Source: Diplonema japonicum (Eukaryota > Protista > Euglenozoa: Diplonemea). Taken from it: DNA of 64,000 bases. The notes beneath the pieces were generated by a model that saw only the letters and a list, made by a program, of their open reading frames with translations, was not told the origin of the DNA and did no database searches. The translations under genes and the position numbers were made by a program. The stretch spans positions 310,001 to 374,000 of the forward strand of contig OZ025705.1 in NCBI GenBank assembly GCA_964019335.1. The letters run 5' to 3'. Every line of letters starts with the position of its first letter. Position 1 is the first letter of the stretch. This document shows, one piece after another, positions 10,417-22,425 of the stretch.

Positions 10417-10705
10417 CTTTTTTTTTCCCAATGATAATATCAAAAAAAAAAATCAAAAAAAAAATGTAGAGATAAAGCATTTTGGAGACCAAAAAAAACT
10501 TTTTCCATTTCGTAGATTGTCAAAAAATTTTAAAATACCACAAGATACTTTTTTTTTTTTTTCTTTTTTTTTTTCCCCCGTTCTTTCTTTGACACTTCCT
10601 TTTTATTAGTCTCTCGAACGGACGGAAAAAAAACTTTCTCGGGTCTCGATAAATACCCCCCCCCAAAAAAAATATACACACAAACGAAAGAAAAAGCCCA
10701 CATTT

Positions 10706-12453
10706 TCAAGCCGAAGGAGAACGGGATGGGTCCTGTGAGTGCGGGTGTGGGTGCGGCTGCGGGTGCGGGTGAGGGTGAGGGTGCTGCCCGTAGTACGCTG
10801 CGGCATACGCTGCGTACTGAGGCGGAGGTGGCATCATCCACCATGGCGGAAACCCCAAGTACTGCTGCGTTTTTTTTTTTTTTTTTTTTTTTTTTTTTCC
10901 CTCCATCCCCATACAAAAGGAATGCTGTCACATGACGACGACGACACCCCCGACATCCCTGACCCAGCTGTTTTCGAGCTAAACGCAGACCTCGGCGAAG
11001 GGATCTTAGCCCGATTGTTTTGCAAATGACTTCTCTGCAAAAAAAAAAAAAAAAAGAAGCTTTTTTTTCCCCTTCAAAAAAAAAAAAAAAAAAAAAAAAA
11101 ACACACCCTCGCATCAGGCGTCCCATATTCAAGGTTCGGTCTTTGCGTCGAAACCATGGAACTAGAACTCGCTGTACTCGACCTCCCGCACTCTGCAGGG
11201 ACCGCAAGGACCTGCCCCATGTAGTTGTAAGGATCAGCATGGCCATGCTGCTGCCTGTAAGGAGGGTACCCATACGGGTAGCCGCCATAGGGGTAGGGGT
11301 AAGGCTCACACTTTGCAATCTCTGACATAACACTGTCGACAATCTTCGATATGTTGTCGCTTGACATGGCACTGGTAGAGCTGCCTTCACCATGCTGGGT
11401 TTTAGGAGTAGAGGGTGGGGTGACGTGAGAAGCGTTTCCAGGCCCCGGAGCATGCTCGGGCGGGCTGCAAGTCAACGCCTGTTCAAGCGAACTTGATAAT
11501 TCCTCCCCCATCTTCTTACTATACCCATCAGCGATAATATTCTGCAGCTTACCCCGCAGCCTATCATCCACTCCCGGCCTCGACGATGCTCGTGTCGAGG
11601 AATTCCTTGTAGATGACGACGCATCGCTTGACGCCTTTATCATCCCCCGCATTCCCTTCGGCGGCTTTGAATGACATCCTTTACATCCGAACATGGCGTA
11701 TGTTTGTTCCACCCATTGCCTGTACTCCTCTGTTTGGTATGGCATCGACCCGTAAAAACTGTCTTGCTGGGGGAAGCCTTGGTTGGAGGTTGATCTGTGG
11801 TTCGTGCTTCCTTTTGATGACGTGGCCTTCTTAGGAGTGGTTTGGGTGATGGAATCCCTGCTTACAGGTGTTTTCGCTTGCGGGTGCGGGCATGGTGATG
11901 GAGCATGTTCACGTGTTTTGTCACTATGAAAGATATCGCTAAGCTCATGAGACGCACGTCCGTGGGGTGAAGCAGCGGTTCCACAGCTTTCTCTTCCCAT
12001 GTCTTGATCATGGGTAGATGGAACAGGGACGAATGATGGGGTGTAAGGATTGTCAGGCGTCTTCCCGTGGAGTTCTGGGTTACTTTGAATTACCTTTTTG
12101 ACGCGGCTTTCAAGAAATTGATCGGAGTCCGGGTCTGGGGTAACTTTGTGTTTTGAAGATTCCGGAGTAGGTGTTCTTATAGGTTGGTGTCTTGAACCGG
12201 TCCTCCCGCCTTCTCCTTCCCATGTTTGAGGTGAAGAACGTATGTCCCTTGGGGACACACCAGTTTGCCCGCCTCGGGGTACTTTACGCATTTGTCCCGG
12301 TGGTGGTGTGCTTCCGGATTCTTCTGTGCTGTCGGCACTCCTTCTTCCTTTTTTGGTGCGGTCGTCTGGGATTTTCTTCTTCGCCGCAGCCTTCTTCGTG
12401 GAAGGCTTCGCGAAAAACGGGTGCTGTTGAGGCAGATGCTGTTGAGGCAGCAT
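10706..12453 (-). CDS. Three-exon low-complexity, probably disordered S/P/Y-rich hypothetical protein
   Basis: The 459-aa ORF runs into poly-T at a GT donor. Introns 11035-11106 (72 nt) and 10865-10914 (50 nt) join it in frame to ...QYLGFPPWWMMPPPPQYAAY...HPHPHP. Confidence 0.65.
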
Positions 12454-12935
12454 TTCTTCTTCTTTTTTTTTTTTTTTTTATATTTGTTTGTGTTGGGGGA
12501 AGAAGAAAAAAATGGGGGTAAAAGAGAAGGAGAGAGAGAGAAAGAGAAAAAAGAAAAAAAAAAAAACCTCCTTTTTTTTTTTTCCCTCTTTCTCTCTCGC
12601 TTTACTCCAGCCTTCCCTCCTCCCCTTCCTGTTGGGATGATAATTAGTTTTATGCGGAAGGAAAAAAAAAATGAGGGGAAAATGAAATAAAGAGGGATAA
12701 AAGTATAATAAACTCTATAAAAGAAAAGGGAAAGGGGAAAAAAAGAAGAAGAAAAAAACTTCACACAAAAAAAAAAGAAAACTCTATTTTTTTTTTATTT
12801 ATTTTTTTGTGAAATGGTGGGGAGGGGAGAATAAAAAAAAAAAAGAGAGAGAGAAAAAAAAATACTAAAAAAAAAAAAAATCTAAAAACAATCTAACAAT
12901 GAAAAAAATCACAAATTATACCCCCCCCCTTTTTT

Positions 12936-13499
12936 TTACGGGTTGTACCGGGTTAGCACTCCTTTGGGGGCTTGCTCCATTGTTCCAACGGGCCCTCCCG
13001 GACCAGCAGCGCGCATAACAGCATTTATTTGAGATGAACCGAAATGTTGTTCTAAGTATTTTGCGAGCTTCCAAGTGTAGATAAGCCAGCACATGACAAG
13101 CCCGAAACTGAATGAGAAGGTAGTGACAAGGACGGAGATTCCCTGCAGGATGTTAATCCAACCATATTTCCACAGAACCCAGAACTCCATCATCCAGCAA
13201 GGCAGGTCGCGCGAGAAGAAGATGGTGTACACCCCAGCCATGATTCTGTTTCGCCTGCTTGACGCCAGCATCTGATGGTAGTACCTGTAAGGCCAAAACA
13301 TCAAGACGCTGCCAGCGAATACATATAATATAGCACCAATGATGTTGCACACCAAATGCCACGACACCAGCGCGTCGCCTAGCAGCGCGCGCTCTCTGTT
13401 GTAGAACCACCACCACGCCATCAAACTGAGAAAGCACTCCATGAAGTACCAGTACAACAGGAACAAAGATGCCCGAGGGGCACGGATCAACGGCGGCAT
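12936..13499 (-). CDS. Multi-pass membrane protein, hypothetical (187 aa)
   Basis: ATG 13499 (MPPLIRAP); about four hydrophobic segments; family not recognised. Confidence 0.7.
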   Translation of the reverse strand: MPPLIRAPRASLFLLYWYFMECFLSLMAWWWFYNRERALLGDALVSWHLVCNIIGAILYVFAGSVLMFWPYRYYHQMLASSRRNRIMAGVYTIFFSRDLPCWMMEFWVLWKYGWINILQGISVLVTTFSFSFGLVMCWLIYTWKLAKYLEQHFGSSQINAVMRAAGPGGPVGTMEQAPKGVLTRYNP

Positions 13500-13584
13500 A
13501 TTTCTATTTTTTTTTTGCCCCCCTACCCACCCCACTTTTTTTTTTTTTTTCGAAAATTTTTTCAAAAAAAAAAAAAAAAAAAAA

Positions 13585-14739
13585 TTATATTTTTCTCTTC
13601 TTGGCCATCCCGGTGCCGTCTCTGTAAAATCCTTCCAACCAGTCTCCGAGGTTTCCTCTTATGGTTTTCCGATATTGGTGCGTTCCGATGATGTATAGAA
13701 CGTTGTTGATAACGACCATGTGGCCTTGGGGGATGGGGGCGGCTGCAGGTTGACTGTCTCTGAACGAGGTGAAGTGGCTGAGTTCTTTTGGTGTGAGCAA
13801 GAAGGTATCGGTACCGACGGGCAGCTGGGATTTCTGATTTGCCGCAGTGGACGTGAAAACGGGAGCTTGAGCAAGCTTTTCGATTTGCTTTTGAGCAAGG
13901 ATCCTCGCGTGTTCGAGAGCGAGAGGTGATGTGGTGGCAAGACACACCCCACTGGGCGTTGGGAACAAAAGAACTTGTTGTAAAGCCTGCAAATTGAAAA
14001 ACTCTTTCGGAAGCACCACATGACAGGTGTTCACCAGGATTGTGTCACTTCGCTTCTCGATTTTCTCCGGTTTCAAATTGAAGGTCTTCGATATGGTCCA
14101 CCTAATGTACTCCACAGCCTTCTTGCGACGCCCTTCATCCGAGCTGAAAATAAAAATTTTCTCTTCAACAGCCCGAATCACTGTTTGCGAGGCCGACTCG
14201 ATTTTCTTCCTTACAGCGTGTTTTTTACCTTGCAAAGCGTTTCTATCAGCCGCTGACGACATCTCTATAACAGTGAAAAAACGGTTGTTTTTGCTGTAGA
14301 ATTCGGTTGTTTGAAGCCATTGAACATTGTTTAGAACAGAGGCGGTTGTGAGCACACCAGTTGCCTTTTCCGTGTCGGCTCCGAAAATGCCGATTTGGGT
14401 GTGTTTTGATGGGTCGTACTTCACACCTTTACGCTTGTATTCTGTTCTGAAGATGATGAGCTCACCCAGGGCCCCGTCGGTGAGCACCTTTTCAACTTTT
14501 TCGTTCGGGACCAGAAGCACCAATAAATCACCAGCGTCGTCTTTCTGACCAAGCGGGACCATTCCCCTGTGGAAAGCGCACTCTAGGTATTTCGCGGCCC
14601 GTTTCTCGTCGCCCCCAGACACCTCGAGGGTCTTTTTGCCTTGTCTTGTTATGGTGCTCTGTGTCATTCTCCTCACCGTTCTCACTACTGATTGGTAGTG
14701 CACCTCCGATACCAGACCCTGGAGTGCAATCGTTTTCAT
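13585..14739 (-). CDS. Hypothetical protein (384 aa)
   Basis: Long ORF of normal composition with a basic C-terminus (KKRKI); no confident domain call. Confidence 0.7.
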   Translation of the reverse strand: MKTIALQGLVSEVHYQSVVRTVRRMTQSTITRQGKKTLEVSGGDEKRAAKYLECAFHRGMVPLGQKDDAGDLLVLLVPNEKVEKVLTDGALGELIIFRTEYKRKGVKYDPSKHTQIGIFGADTEKATGVLTTASVLNNVQWLQTTEFYSKNNRFFTVIEMSSAADRNALQGKKHAVRKKIESASQTVIRAVEEKIFIFSSDEGRRKKAVEYIRWTISKTFNLKPEKIEKRSDTILVNTCHVVLPKEFFNLQALQQVLLFPTPSGVCLATTSPLALEHARILAQKQIEKLAQAPVFTSTAANQKSQLPVGTDTFLLTPKELSHFTSFRDSQPAAAPIPQGHMVVINNVLYIIGTHQYRKTIRGNLGDWLEGFYRDGTGMAKKRKI

Positions 14740-15256
14740 TTTTTCTTCCCCCTTTTTTTTTTTTTTGCTTTGAAAGGAAATCGTTTTCCGGCGGGATCAG
14801 TATCTTTCTTCTCCAAAAAATAATGGAAAACTGACATAATTAAAAGGCATGGAAAGGGGATGAAGAGAAAGAAAAAAAAAGGGGGTGGGCGGGTGACAGG
14901 TCAAGGGGGGGAGGGAAGGGTGGGGAGAGGAGACAGGTAATTCTTTTTTTTGACTAGTCCCCCTCAATTTTTTTTTCTATTGGGAGGGGGGAAGAGGCAA
15001 AAAATATCGCCTACCACCCCGCTAGCACTCACCCTTAAATGGAAATAGGGGGGGGGGGGGAGAACGGGTTCAAAATATTGTTGGTGCAGATTCCGGAGGT
15101 CACAATACAATCCACTTGTTTGCTTGCAGTTTTTTTGGGAGGGGGGGTGGGGGGAAGAGAATAAAAAGCAGAGTAGTAGAAGGGGGGAAGGATTTTTTTT
15201 ATTGCACCCTTTTTTTTTTTTAAAAAAACTTCTTTCTATTATCTTTTTTTTTCTCC

Positions 15257-15456
15257 NNNNNNNNNNNNNNNNNNNNNNNNNNNNNNNNNNNNNNNNNNNN
15301 NNNNNNNNNNNNNNNNNNNNNNNNNNNNNNNNNNNNNNNNNNNNNNNNNNNNNNNNNNNNNNNNNNNNNNNNNNNNNNNNNNNNNNNNNNNNNNNNNNNN
15401 NNNNNNNNNNNNNNNNNNNNNNNNNNNNNNNNNNNNNNNNNNNNNNNNNNNNNNNN
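15257..15456. other. Assembly gap (200 N)
   Basis: Run of n characters. Confidence 1.
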
Positions 15457-15649
15457 ATTTTTCTCCCCAAAAAAAAAATAAAATAAAATAAAAAAACCTC
15501 CCTTAAAATAAAGAATTCCCTCCCTCCCCCATCCCTCGCTCACTCTGTTTCTCCATTGTATTCTATTATTTCGAGAAAAAAAAAAAAAAAACCTCCCCCT
15601 TTCCCACACTTTTTCCCCCCTCCCCCCCCACTTCTTTTTTTTTTGGTCC

Positions 15650-15694
15650 TCACATATCAATTGGTTCGATTTTCTGTGTAACCTCTTTTGTCGA

Positions 15695-15725
<31 letters not shown>

Positions 15726-17277
15726 CCTTTCCCCATATATACCTGTAGTACTCGTATTCGGGTGCCTCAGTCAACTCCCTCAGCAAATCCTTTACAGCAC
15801 CCATACATTTTTCAAAGTGAAGCCGGTTGATACGTGCCGTGATGACCGAATCCTTGGCAACGACGTCGGCAATATTCTTCGATGGCGTCACCTCAAAGAA
15901 CTCAATGTAGCCAACAGGGTGGCCGGGGGAGAAGGAGCAAACGTAACGAGGCGCATCTGGTAGAAGTACACCATCGTCGTCCTTGTGACGGCCTACAACA
16001 TCGACTTCTCCTTCAACAATGAAATGCATGTAGTCACCAAGCTTTGAAAATTCAATGATTTTCTCGCCTTGCGCGTACCTCTTTTCTTCCAACGCATCGG
16101 CCAGTTGCAAAATCTGCGATGGCGTTTGATCCCTCAAAAACTTAATGTCTCTGAGCCACGCTTTGTAAATCTCTCGTTTTTCATGAGCCTGCCTTCCCAT
16201 CACCCCGGTGAAAACTTCATTGCAAAGAACAAAGCAAGAAGTGTCAGTGCTCCCCATAGCCTCGACGGTTTCTTTCGACTTCGAATTCGTCGATGTGACC
16301 ACATACTCGCCGAGGTACGATCCGCGCTCGTATTTTTTTCCTTCTTCGCTTTGATCAGACTGTAAAAAACCGGATTTTACGATGTAGAAGCCAGATACTT
16401 CTGAAGGGACTTCCCCTCGTTTGAAGACGAAGGTGCCAGGTTGGAAAACCACAGGCTTCATCGCGGAGGCAACGGAGGCGAGTTCAGAGTCACGGATTAA
16501 ATGCGAGAATAACGGGCAGGTTTTGAGGGTCTCCATAATGAGCAACGTGTCCTCTTGAGACTTGTCGTATTTTGGTGCTTCGTATTTGCTAACGTCAACG
16601 GACACAGGGTTGGTGATCACGTCGTGTCTACCGAACATTACCGATCTTTTTTGTTCGAGTTTTCCGTCGTCGGAAATGTCATCGTCGAGATCAGGATTGA
16701 TCAGCGTCTCGTCAAGTACATTAGACTGGTTTCTGATGTTTGCCATGATCCGTCGAGCCTCCTCCTTGTTGTTCCCCTTCCACGCGGCGTAGGCTTCCGT
16801 CTCTCCAGTCGAAAGAATTTTAAAACAGTTTAAAAACTCGCCATATGTCGTAGAATCCGATCTTTTAGGATGCGGGGGCTTCGCGTACATCCACGGCCAC
16901 GGCCACCTGTCCTTTTCCCAATCCTCATATATTCCCTTCTTTTGTTTTCTTAGTAATATGTGGGCGCTCTGTTTGAACTCTTCGCTTTGATGGCGGCTTA
17001 GGCAGTTCGAGCTTGTCGATCTTGCCATTTTATTGACCGCCTCGCCTTTATAGTATTTTTCATCGTTGTGGGGTTGTTGCTGCTGCTGTTGTTGTTGTTG
17101 TTTCTTCAAGGTTGGTTGTGCGGCGGCTGTCGTCGGTGCGGGTGGTGTGCTCCCCGTCTGTGACTTTGCGGCAGGGGGCGATTTTTCCTTCTTGTCGTCA
17201 ATCTTTCTCCTTTTCTGGGTTTCATCCTTGCGTTTGTCCCCGCCAGGGGCCTTTTCTGCAGACCCGCAACAGCCCAT
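15650..17277 (-). CDS. Dually acylated PKA-regulatory-subunit-like protein with tandem divergent CNB domains (kinetoplastid PKAR type)
   Basis: Starts MGCCGS at 17277; two CNB folds (CPLFSHL...FYIVKSG; LQLADALEE...HFIVEGEVDVVGR...NIADVVAK...RLHFEKCMG...EYEYY). The 3' end is tentative: donor 15742, best acceptor 15696, stop 15650. Confidence 0.8.
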
Positions 17278-17770
17278 TCTTCCCCCTCCCACCCCCCCTT
17301 TTTTTTTTAAATTGATGGTTGGTTGTATGACAATAAAATTTTAAGGGAAAAAAAAAAAAAGCGAAAAGGTGAGGGGGTGTAAAATGGAATAAAGTGTAAA
17401 TGGATGGGGGGGGGGGGGGGGGGGGGGGGAGGCACAAATAATTCACTGCCACTGATCGCTCTTTGAGCTTTGGCGTGCGTGTGCATTTGCAAGTTTTTTT
17501 TTTTAAACTCCCCTTCTTTTTTTTCTCGTTTTTGAAACCAGAAAAAAGGGGTACAACAAAGTGGGGCTTTACCCTTCTTCCCCCCCCCCTCCCCCCCCCC
17601 CCCCTGTTTCAATCATTGAAAGTCCACAAGAAAAGGAAGAAAAAAAAAATCCCCCAGCAACATAAGCAAGAAAAAGACCGTTTGACCTTTTCTTTTTTTT
17701 TTTTTTGGATTGACAGATTCGGAACAAACAAACAAGCAAAAAAAAAAAAAAAAAAAAAAAAGAGAGAAAC

Positions 17771-18985
17771 TCAAGCGTAATGGCTGCGGAGGATAACCTG
17801 AAGCAGCCCGTCTGCGACACCAAGCAACCCATGGGTCCCAAGCCCGATGGTGCAGGTACGAGAGATGAAGATTCGATGCATGAGGGAAGAGACAGGGCGG
17901 GAGGGACGGTACTTGAATGAAGGGAGGAACGCATAAGCAGTGAAAAGATCAGCCGCCAAACTCAAAGCATAAAGCATGGCAGGAAATGTTGGGACCGCAA
18001 ACGTTTCAGAAGACACAGCATGACACAGCAGCAACAGGGAGAAGACCTGCCTCCAGTACCAGACAACTGCATTCACCTGCACGAAAAAATGTTGCGGTTT
18101 GACCCCAAGAATCCGTGTCCCTTCCCACGCTACCAACCCGAGGTGCTCAGATGGGAAATATAGAAATCCAAAAATCCAGTGTAGGTAATAAAGTAACAAA
18201 CCCAAACCCTCCGCCCTCGGCGGTGCGCTGACACCCGCTTGTATCATTCTCCACCCTCCCGTGACCCTCCCCAACGCACGGTAAAATCCTAACTGCCCGC
18301 CTAGCCACAACGAATAGTCCGCTGCATTGACACCAACAACCCTATCCAAGACAGGAAACAACATCCGCCCGGAATAATGAAGAATTTTCAAGTAAGGATT
18401 CCACAGAGTGATGACAGCAATATAGTAAAAGGAAGCCCAAATAGACAAGGCACCAAGGAGGTGACCCCCTGCTCTGGATAGAGAGGTTAGTTTTGAGACG
18501 CCTGTCGCCCTTGTGGACGGTAAGAAGTGGGAGTTGTTTCTGGTTCTCAAAAGCCGTTTTGTCTCCATTGAGTACTCACCGAAAAACATAGTTTTTCGTC
18601 GCAGTGTGGGTGGGACAGGGACGCTGAGGACGCCTGCGGAGAGGGAACGGGCTGGTGGTGCCTTGAGATGGAGCGATATAGGTGAGCCAAGCGGAGTTAG
18701 AATTCTGTTGTCGGGCCAGCACAGTACATCACTACTTCTGCTGCCTTGTAGTCTTGCCTTTGGTTTGCACGATTCTTGTTTCGGCCAGATGACCGAGCTC
18801 CAGTCTCCTTCGAATGGGTCTTCGTTGTCCCACGCTGTCTGCATCGTCGGCTCTTCTGGTGTGCTCTCCTCCAAACCCTCTACATGCTTCCTGTCGAATG
18901 CACTGAACGTGCTGTCACTGGTGTTGCTTTTGGATTTCTTGTTTGCCTTCCTTCTTCGTCGTTTTTTCATTGAGGCTGACTCCAT
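17771..18985 (-). CDS. PEX11-family-like peroxisomal membrane protein with long N-terminal extension
   Basis: C-terminal half has PEX11-gamma-like motifs LYFPSEHLGLV, ADLFTAYAFLP and GLLGVADGLL; ATG at 18985. Confidence 0.55.
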   Translation of the reverse strand: MESASMKKRRRRKANKKSKSNTSDSTFSAFDRKHVEGLEESTPEEPTMQTAWDNEDPFEGDWSSVIWPKQESCKPKARLQGSRSSDVLCWPDNRILTPLGSPISLHLKAPPARSLSAGVLSVPVPPTLRRKTMFFGEYSMETKRLLRTRNNSHFLPSTRATGVSKLTSLSRAGGHLLGALSIWASFYYIAVITLWNPYLKILHYSGRMLFPVLDRVVGVNAADYSLWLGGQLGFYRALGRVTGGWRMIQAGVSAPPRAEGLGLLLYYLHWIFGFLYFPSEHLGLVAWEGTRILGVKPQHFFVQVNAVVWYWRQVFSLLLLCHAVSSETFAVPTFPAMLYALSLAADLFTAYAFLPSFKYRPSRPVSSLMHRIFISRTCTIGLGTHGLLGVADGLLQVILRSHYA

Positions 18986-19015
18986 TTTTTTTTTCCCCCC
19001 TCCCTTTTTTTTTAA

Positions 19016-20822
19016 CCATCTACCAACGGACCATTTTTGCCCACCAGGGGGGTAAATTTTCAAAACTTCAAAAAAAAGCTATTCTAGCGCAACGCCGGGG
19101 CTATATGCCCCCGGAAATGCCTCCAGATGTCCCAATTCTAGAGAGTGGGTGCCCACAGCAGGGCCCACCCTCACAGCATTGTCAAAAATATCGTTCCTGA
19201 AGTGCCCGAGAGGGGGTACAAAAAACAAGTCAAAAAAAATCGACTGTAAAATTCTGTAAAAAGCTATTTAAGGCCTTCTTGACGCGGTTCGTACGTGCCC
19301 CAGGGCTGGGGGACTTCTTTTTTGACCCCGAGAGGGGTTTCTGGGGGGTATCCCCGGCAAGGTGGTAGTCTTTGAAGCACGGAGTCATGCAAAGTTGTAC
19401 CAAGCAGGTTGAACACTGGAACTGGGGTCATTTCGACTTGCCATGCTTGCACCGCATGTTGCACTACTTTTTCGGGGAAATGGTCCCAGAAGGTACTATC
19501 GCGGTGCATTGGGGTCTCAGGGCACTCGTTCTGTGTTTCGGGGCATGGTATTGGGGCAGCCTGCTCTGTAGTTGACTTTAGCTGTTGTTTAGACTGCCTC
19601 CCTAGTAGCCCTTCGATGACTGCCTCTTTGAAAGGCGTGAATCCACTGTCGTTCGTACTCAGGGTGTTGGGGGGCAATGCTTCTTTCCAAACAAGCCAAG
19701 CATTTGCCAGAGATCTATCTAACAAGTACGAAAATACTTTCAGGGGCCACTTCGAAGTCATAAGGGTGCGTTTATGGCGTTTTGTCACAGCGTCACCCAG
19801 CGTCGGTTCCGCCCATTGCGGTGTTGTAAATATGCACTTGGTGGGGAGTGGGATGTCCATTCCGGTTTTCATTCTCTTTTGGCCGACACGTCAAATTTGA
19901 CTTCACCAGAACATCCAACGTCGACAGAAAGCGCACAGGCTTGATGTCATGCCACGTTGTGGTGCAAAGGATGCTCACGTGCTGGTGGAACTGGGTGTCG
20001 CCACAGGATGCGTGTCCTTGGGCTTGCGGCCTCGCTTCTTTGCATCCGTGATCTCCGGGAGGCCTTTGCGATAGGTAGAAGTCAGCACGCTTGTTTGTTT
20101 CGCTGTGGAAACACAGATTTCCCAGAATAGTCAAAAAGCGGTCTCTTGACATGACAGCAGCGTACCCAGGGGTGTGGTTGAGAGACGTGGAGCCAGCGCG
20201 CCAGTAGTCAGAATAATCTGGCATGATATCCAAGTCCATCGACAAAAGGACACCTAAGAAGGTATGCAAAGAAGCAGCATTGAGATCCAGGGAAACACCT
20301 TTTTTAGCCGCATTTGCCACATTGTTCGAAATTATGACCCAAATAACGTTTGGGGCGAGCATTTGGGAGAATATATGGAATGTCGTTGAGCCTCTGATGT
20401 CAAAACAGGGTCCACAAGGATTCCGATCTTCACGAAACCGGATGCCTTCCAACCGCTCCGGCTTTGCCGTCCAATCACCCTGCTGTGACTCGGAATCGGT
20501 CGAATTCGTATCAGAATCACTGTTCGTACCAAAATTGCATAATAGGGATGAGCCATCAGTGCTACCATCACTCATAATGTCCTCTTCCGGCCTCTTTCTG
20601 GGCACCCTTTTTTGAAGTGATTTTTAAGGGTAAATTTGGGCTGGCGTTTTTTTTTCTTTTTTCTTTTTCTTGTTAAGTTAGGGCAGCATTTAGTTTATAT
20701 TTTTCATATTTTCCGCGCAGGACCCCGGATGCGAGAAGTGGCCGAGCTGTATTGCATTGAAAGCCCTTTGCGCAAAAGATTTTTTTTCAAATCGTCTCTA
20801 TAAGACGCTCGTTGGTAGATGG
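19016..20822 (-). mobile_element. Non-autonomous/decayed piggyBac DNA transposon (1807 bp)
   Basis: Perfect 13-bp TIRs CCATCTACCAACG (19016-19028) and CGTTGGTAGATGG (20810-20822), each flanked by TTAA (19012-19015, 20823-20826). Confidence 0.92.
19264..20575 (-). pseudogene. piggyBac (PGBD-type) transposase pseudogene, frameshifted and internally deleted
   Basis: Motifs DYSDYW, MSRDRF, WHDIKPVRFLST, YNTAMGGTD and KWPLKVF...ANAW are spread over different frames; much shorter than a full transposase. Confidence 0.85.
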
Positions 20823-21413
20823 TTAATTTTTATTTTTATTTTTTCTCGCGCAAAAAAAAAAGGAAAAAAAGAAGAAGAAAAAAAAAAAGAGGGAAAGTGT
20901 GTGGGAGGCATTTGAAGGATAAATGGAAGAAGAAAGAAAAAAAAGGAAAAAAAGAAAGCCAAAGTAGTTTCAAACTTTCAAAGGGTCCTTCAGACAGAAA
21001 GGAGGGCAAATACCCATCTTTCTTTCTTTTTTTTTTCCCCTCTTTTTTTCATTCTCCTGCTGCCCTTTTTTTTTCATGTTCGCCAGTTCCGCAAAAGCTG
21101 CTTTTGTTTTCATATGGAAGTGGGAGGGAAGACAGCAGGTATTCTCAAGGATCCTATCCATTCGTTTAGGAAGAAGAAAGAAGAAGGAAAAAAAAAAGTA
21201 CTTTCAAAAGAGAAAGAAGAACAGCAAAGAGAGGTAATGTTGCATGGAACGATTGCCACATGGGGAAGGGGAGTGGGGGGTGGGGGAAGCACACAAATCT
21301 TTTTTTTTTTTTAAAATAGGAAATCTAACACCCGTCTTTGAATACAATGGTTCTTCAGACGATGCGGTTTCCTTTCGTTCGTTTTCGTCACTCGACTGGC
21401 AACGGGTATGCGT

Positions 21414-21439
21414 GGCGTGACCCAGAGTCACGAAAGGCC
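21414..21439 (-). promoter_or_regulatory. Candidate 3'UTR stem-loop shared by chitinolytic genes (first of nine copies)
   Basis: GCGTGAC-YCRGA-GTCAC inverted repeat, also at 22997, 37508, 39329, 47337, 50844, 54069, 57576 and 60801. Confidence 0.55.
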
Positions 21440-21582
21440 GCAACCCGCACCAAAAAAATAATAATAATAATAATGAAAAAGCACGTTTGCATTGTCTTGT
21501 CTTTCTATTTTTTTTTTTTTAAATAATTTTTCTTCCCTCATATTCAAAAGGGTTTGTTTGCAGTGTTAACGGTACCATCCCA

Positions 21583-22425
21583 TCACCCGATGAGCTTGCA
21601 CTGAGAGGCAACGTCGCACTTCACCCTGCACTGGGCGTACCACTGGCTCTGCTGGTAGCAACGGCTCGGTGCCTCACAGCAAGAGGGTGACGACAGGCAG
21701 CTTCCCCATTCCGCGATCTTGGGACCAGAGCAGGTGCCCGCGGGAGGGGCATCTGTTGGTGCAGGGGTTTTTTCGACATTCGGTACCGGTGTCGGGACAG
21801 GGGTGGAAACACCCCCTCCTGTGGGTGCCGGAGTGGGGAGGGGCGTCGGGACAGGGGTCGTGCTGCCACCGTTGAAGTCAAGGTCGATGGCGTTGTAGAA
21901 GCTGGCAGAGGTGTCACCGACATCCCAGACTGCAAGGACCACGTGGTAGCCGCTCCTGGTCGGGACTGTGCAGGAGTGGGTCACTGTCATCGGGGGCTGC
22001 TGCATCTCCCCGTCCACCGTGCAGAAGGGGGTCCCCTCCAAGGTCTCCCTCCCGAGAGGGTCCACCCCGTTCCACCCCTCCTTCGTGATGAAGTACCTCC
22101 AGTCCCGCGTCACGTGGTTCGCTGTGAACTGCCACGTGAAGTCCATCGCCCCGCTGCTCACAGAGGTCTTCGCCCACCTCGTCGTCGACTGCTCGTTCAG
22201 GGGCGCCCAGTTGTCCTTCCCAGCAGCAGCCACCGTCCCGTCCGCAGGGCCAGTCTCGGGGTACCGGTCCTCCCCCTCCACGCTCTGCGGCTCGTACTGC
22301 ACACCACCGCAGCCGCTGTTGCTCCCCTCCTTGCAGGCGAAGTTTCTTGACGGGGGTGCCTTCACGTAGCCGTGCCCCTGCACCGTGGCGAACAGAGCTG
22401 TCGTGCAGAGAAGGGAACGCAGCAT
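21583..22425 (-). CDS. Secreted AA10 lytic polysaccharide monooxygenase, isoform A (Pro/Thr linker + CBM1-like module)
   Basis: Signal peptide MLRSLLCTTALFATVQG then mature N-terminal HGYV; QYEPQSVEG, FTANH, WRYFITK, LAVWDVGDT, FYNAID; C-terminal WGSC...CC...CYQQSQWYAQC. Confidence 0.93.
   Translation of the reverse strand: MLRSLLCTTALFATVQGHGYVKAPPSRNFACKEGSNSGCGGVQYEPQSVEGEDRYPETGPADGTVAAAGKDNWAPLNEQSTTRWAKTSVSSGAMDFTWQFTANHVTRDWRYFITKEGWNGVDPLGRETLEGTPFCTVDGEMQQPPMTVTHSCTVPTRSGYHVVLAVWDVGDTSASFYNAIDLDFNGGSTTPVPTPLPTPAPTGGGVSTPVPTPVPNVEKTPAPTDAPPAGTCSGPKIAEWGSCLSSPSCCEAPSRCYQQSQWYAQCRVKCDVASQCKLIG

Noticed and set aside
8936-10530. Many poly-Phe/poly-Lys ORFs in spacers (also 27.4-28.9 kb and elsewhere)
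   Set aside because: Artefacts of A/T homopolymer tracts that lack stop codons.
21414-21439. Hammerhead ribozyme (hairpin followed by GAAA) or Smaug recognition element
   Set aside because: No CUGANGA core precedes the stem, and a CNGG loop is present in only some copies.
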